Below, piece after piece: positions 63,035 through 64,000 of a stretch of DNA of 64,000 nucleotides (the first letter of the stretch is position 1; each line of letters begins with the position of its first letter). Both the position numbers and the translations under genes were made by a program. The stretch comes from Planctomycetota bacterium (GTDB taxonomy: Bacteria; Planctomycetota; UBA1135; UBA2386). The notes beneath the pieces were generated by a model. The model was not told where the DNA came from, ran no database searches, and was given only the letters and a program-made list of their open reading frames with translations. The DNA lies in assembly GCA_046290465.1 (NCBI GenBank), contig JBKAGP010000001.1, positions 1,696,001-1,760,000 of the forward strand, given 5' to 3'.

Positions 63035-63988
63035 ATGACCTCCCACTCCCTGCCGTTGCCCGAGCTGTCGGTGCCCGACGTGCTGTGCACGTCCAACCTG
63101 ACCACCGCGGACCTCGACGCGATCTTCGCCACCGCCAAGGCGCTGAAGAGCAAGCGCGACGAACACGCGCACGTGTCCGTGCTGGCGCACAAGCGCCTGG
63201 CGATGATCTTCGAGAAGGACTCGCTGCGCACGCGCTTCACGTTCGACGTCGGCATGCAGGACCTCGGTGGCAGCGTCGTGTTCATGGACCACCGCGACGC
63301 GCGCCTCGGCTCGCGCGAGTCGGTCAAGGACATGGCGCGCAACCTCGAGCGCTGGGTGCACGGCATCGTCGCCCGCACGTTCAAGCACAAGGTGCTCGAA
63401 GAGCTGGCGGCCAACGCCGACGTGCCGGTGATCAACGGCCTGTCCGACTTCGTGCACCCGTGCCAGGCGCTGGCCGACTTCCTGACGCTCTACGAGAAGT
63501 GGGGCGACGTGCGCGGCAAGACGCTGACCTACGTCGGTGACGGCAACAACACCTGCCACTCGCTGATCTACACCGCCGCCAAGCTCGGCACCAACATCCG
63601 CGCGTGCTCGCCCGAGGGCTACGAGCCGAACGCGCGGGTCGTCAATGAGGCGATGCGCACCGCGCAGGAGACCGGCGCCGAGATCTCGATCGTCAACGAC
63701 CCCGCGGCGGCCGCCGAGGGCGCCGACGCGATCTACACCGACGTCTGGGCCAGCATGGGCCAGGAGGACGAGATCGAAGAACGCAACGGCGTGTTCGCGC
63801 CCTACCAGGTCGACGCCGCGATGATGGCGCGCGCCAAGGACGACGCGCTGTTCCTGCACTGCCTGCCGGCGCACCGCGGCTGGGAGGTCACCCAGGAGGT
63901 CATGGACGGCCCGCAGAGCGTCGTCTACGACATCGCCGAGAACCGCCTGCACGTGCAGAAGGCGCTGATGGCGCTGCTGATCCGCTAG
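63035..63988 (+). CDS. argF: Ornithine carbamoyltransferase (317 aa)
   Basis: SLRTR, HPCQ, DVWASMG, FLHCLP, AENRLH. Confidence 0.93.
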   Translation: MTSHSLPLPELSVPDVLCTSNLTTADLDAIFATAKALKSKRDEHAHVSVLAHKRLAMIFEKDSLRTRFTFDVGMQDLGGSVVFMDHRDARLGSRESVKDMARNLERWVHGIVARTFKHKVLEELAANADVPVINGLSDFVHPCQALADFLTLYEKWGDVRGKTLTYVGDGNNTCHSLIYTAAKLGTNIRACSPEGYEPNARVVNEAMRTAQETGAEISIVNDPAAAAEGADAIYTDVWASMGQEDEIEERNGVFAPYQVDAAMMARAKDDALFLHCLPAHRGWEVTQEVMDGPQSVVYDIAENRLHVQKALMALLIR

Positions 63989-64000
63989 CCCGACGCCACC

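Overview
This is a very GC-rich, gene-dense bacterial window. The gene repertoire (TPR/ExbB/ExbD cluster, orphan secretin, sulfatase, Tat Gfo/Idh/MocA, DUF6807, BNR proteins) suggests a Planctomycetota-like organism, which is an inference. Left to right it holds: (1) two secreted TPR-like proteins, ExbB/TolQ, two ExbD/TolR and a lipoprotein secretin; (2) an archaeal-like HAD phosphatase; (3) a three-gene operon of an orphan CpsD/CapB-like P-loop protein, a coiled-coil protein and a MamK-family actin, with no magnetosome genes nearby; (4) a compact type II PKS-like cluster (lipoprotein, MMPL, AMP-ligase, ACP, KS, inactive KS/CLF, flavin halogenase-like); (5) an M28 peptidase and Lhr helicase; (6) a probable selenoprotein (peroxiredoxin-like, in-frame TGA, UxxT) coupled to a sulfatase; (7) frmA-fghA, an M55 peptidase, a NosP/FIST sensor and two hybrid kinases; (8) exported redox/carbohydrate genes and a PaoABC-like molybdoenzyme with a small Cys-rich fourth gene; (9) S9 and M17 peptidases, an orphan ExbD paralogue, secreted proteins and a solo tail-collar gene; (10) argR-argC-argB-argD-argF with tandem ARG boxes. 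Non-coding signals include REP-like palindromes, 13-18 nt tandem repeats behind stop codons, terminators, a candidate structured leader and several leaderless-type starts. I found no rRNA, tRNA, CRISPR array or transposase. All family calls come from motif recognition by eye, with no database search. Many starts were moved from the ORF track to the likely real start.
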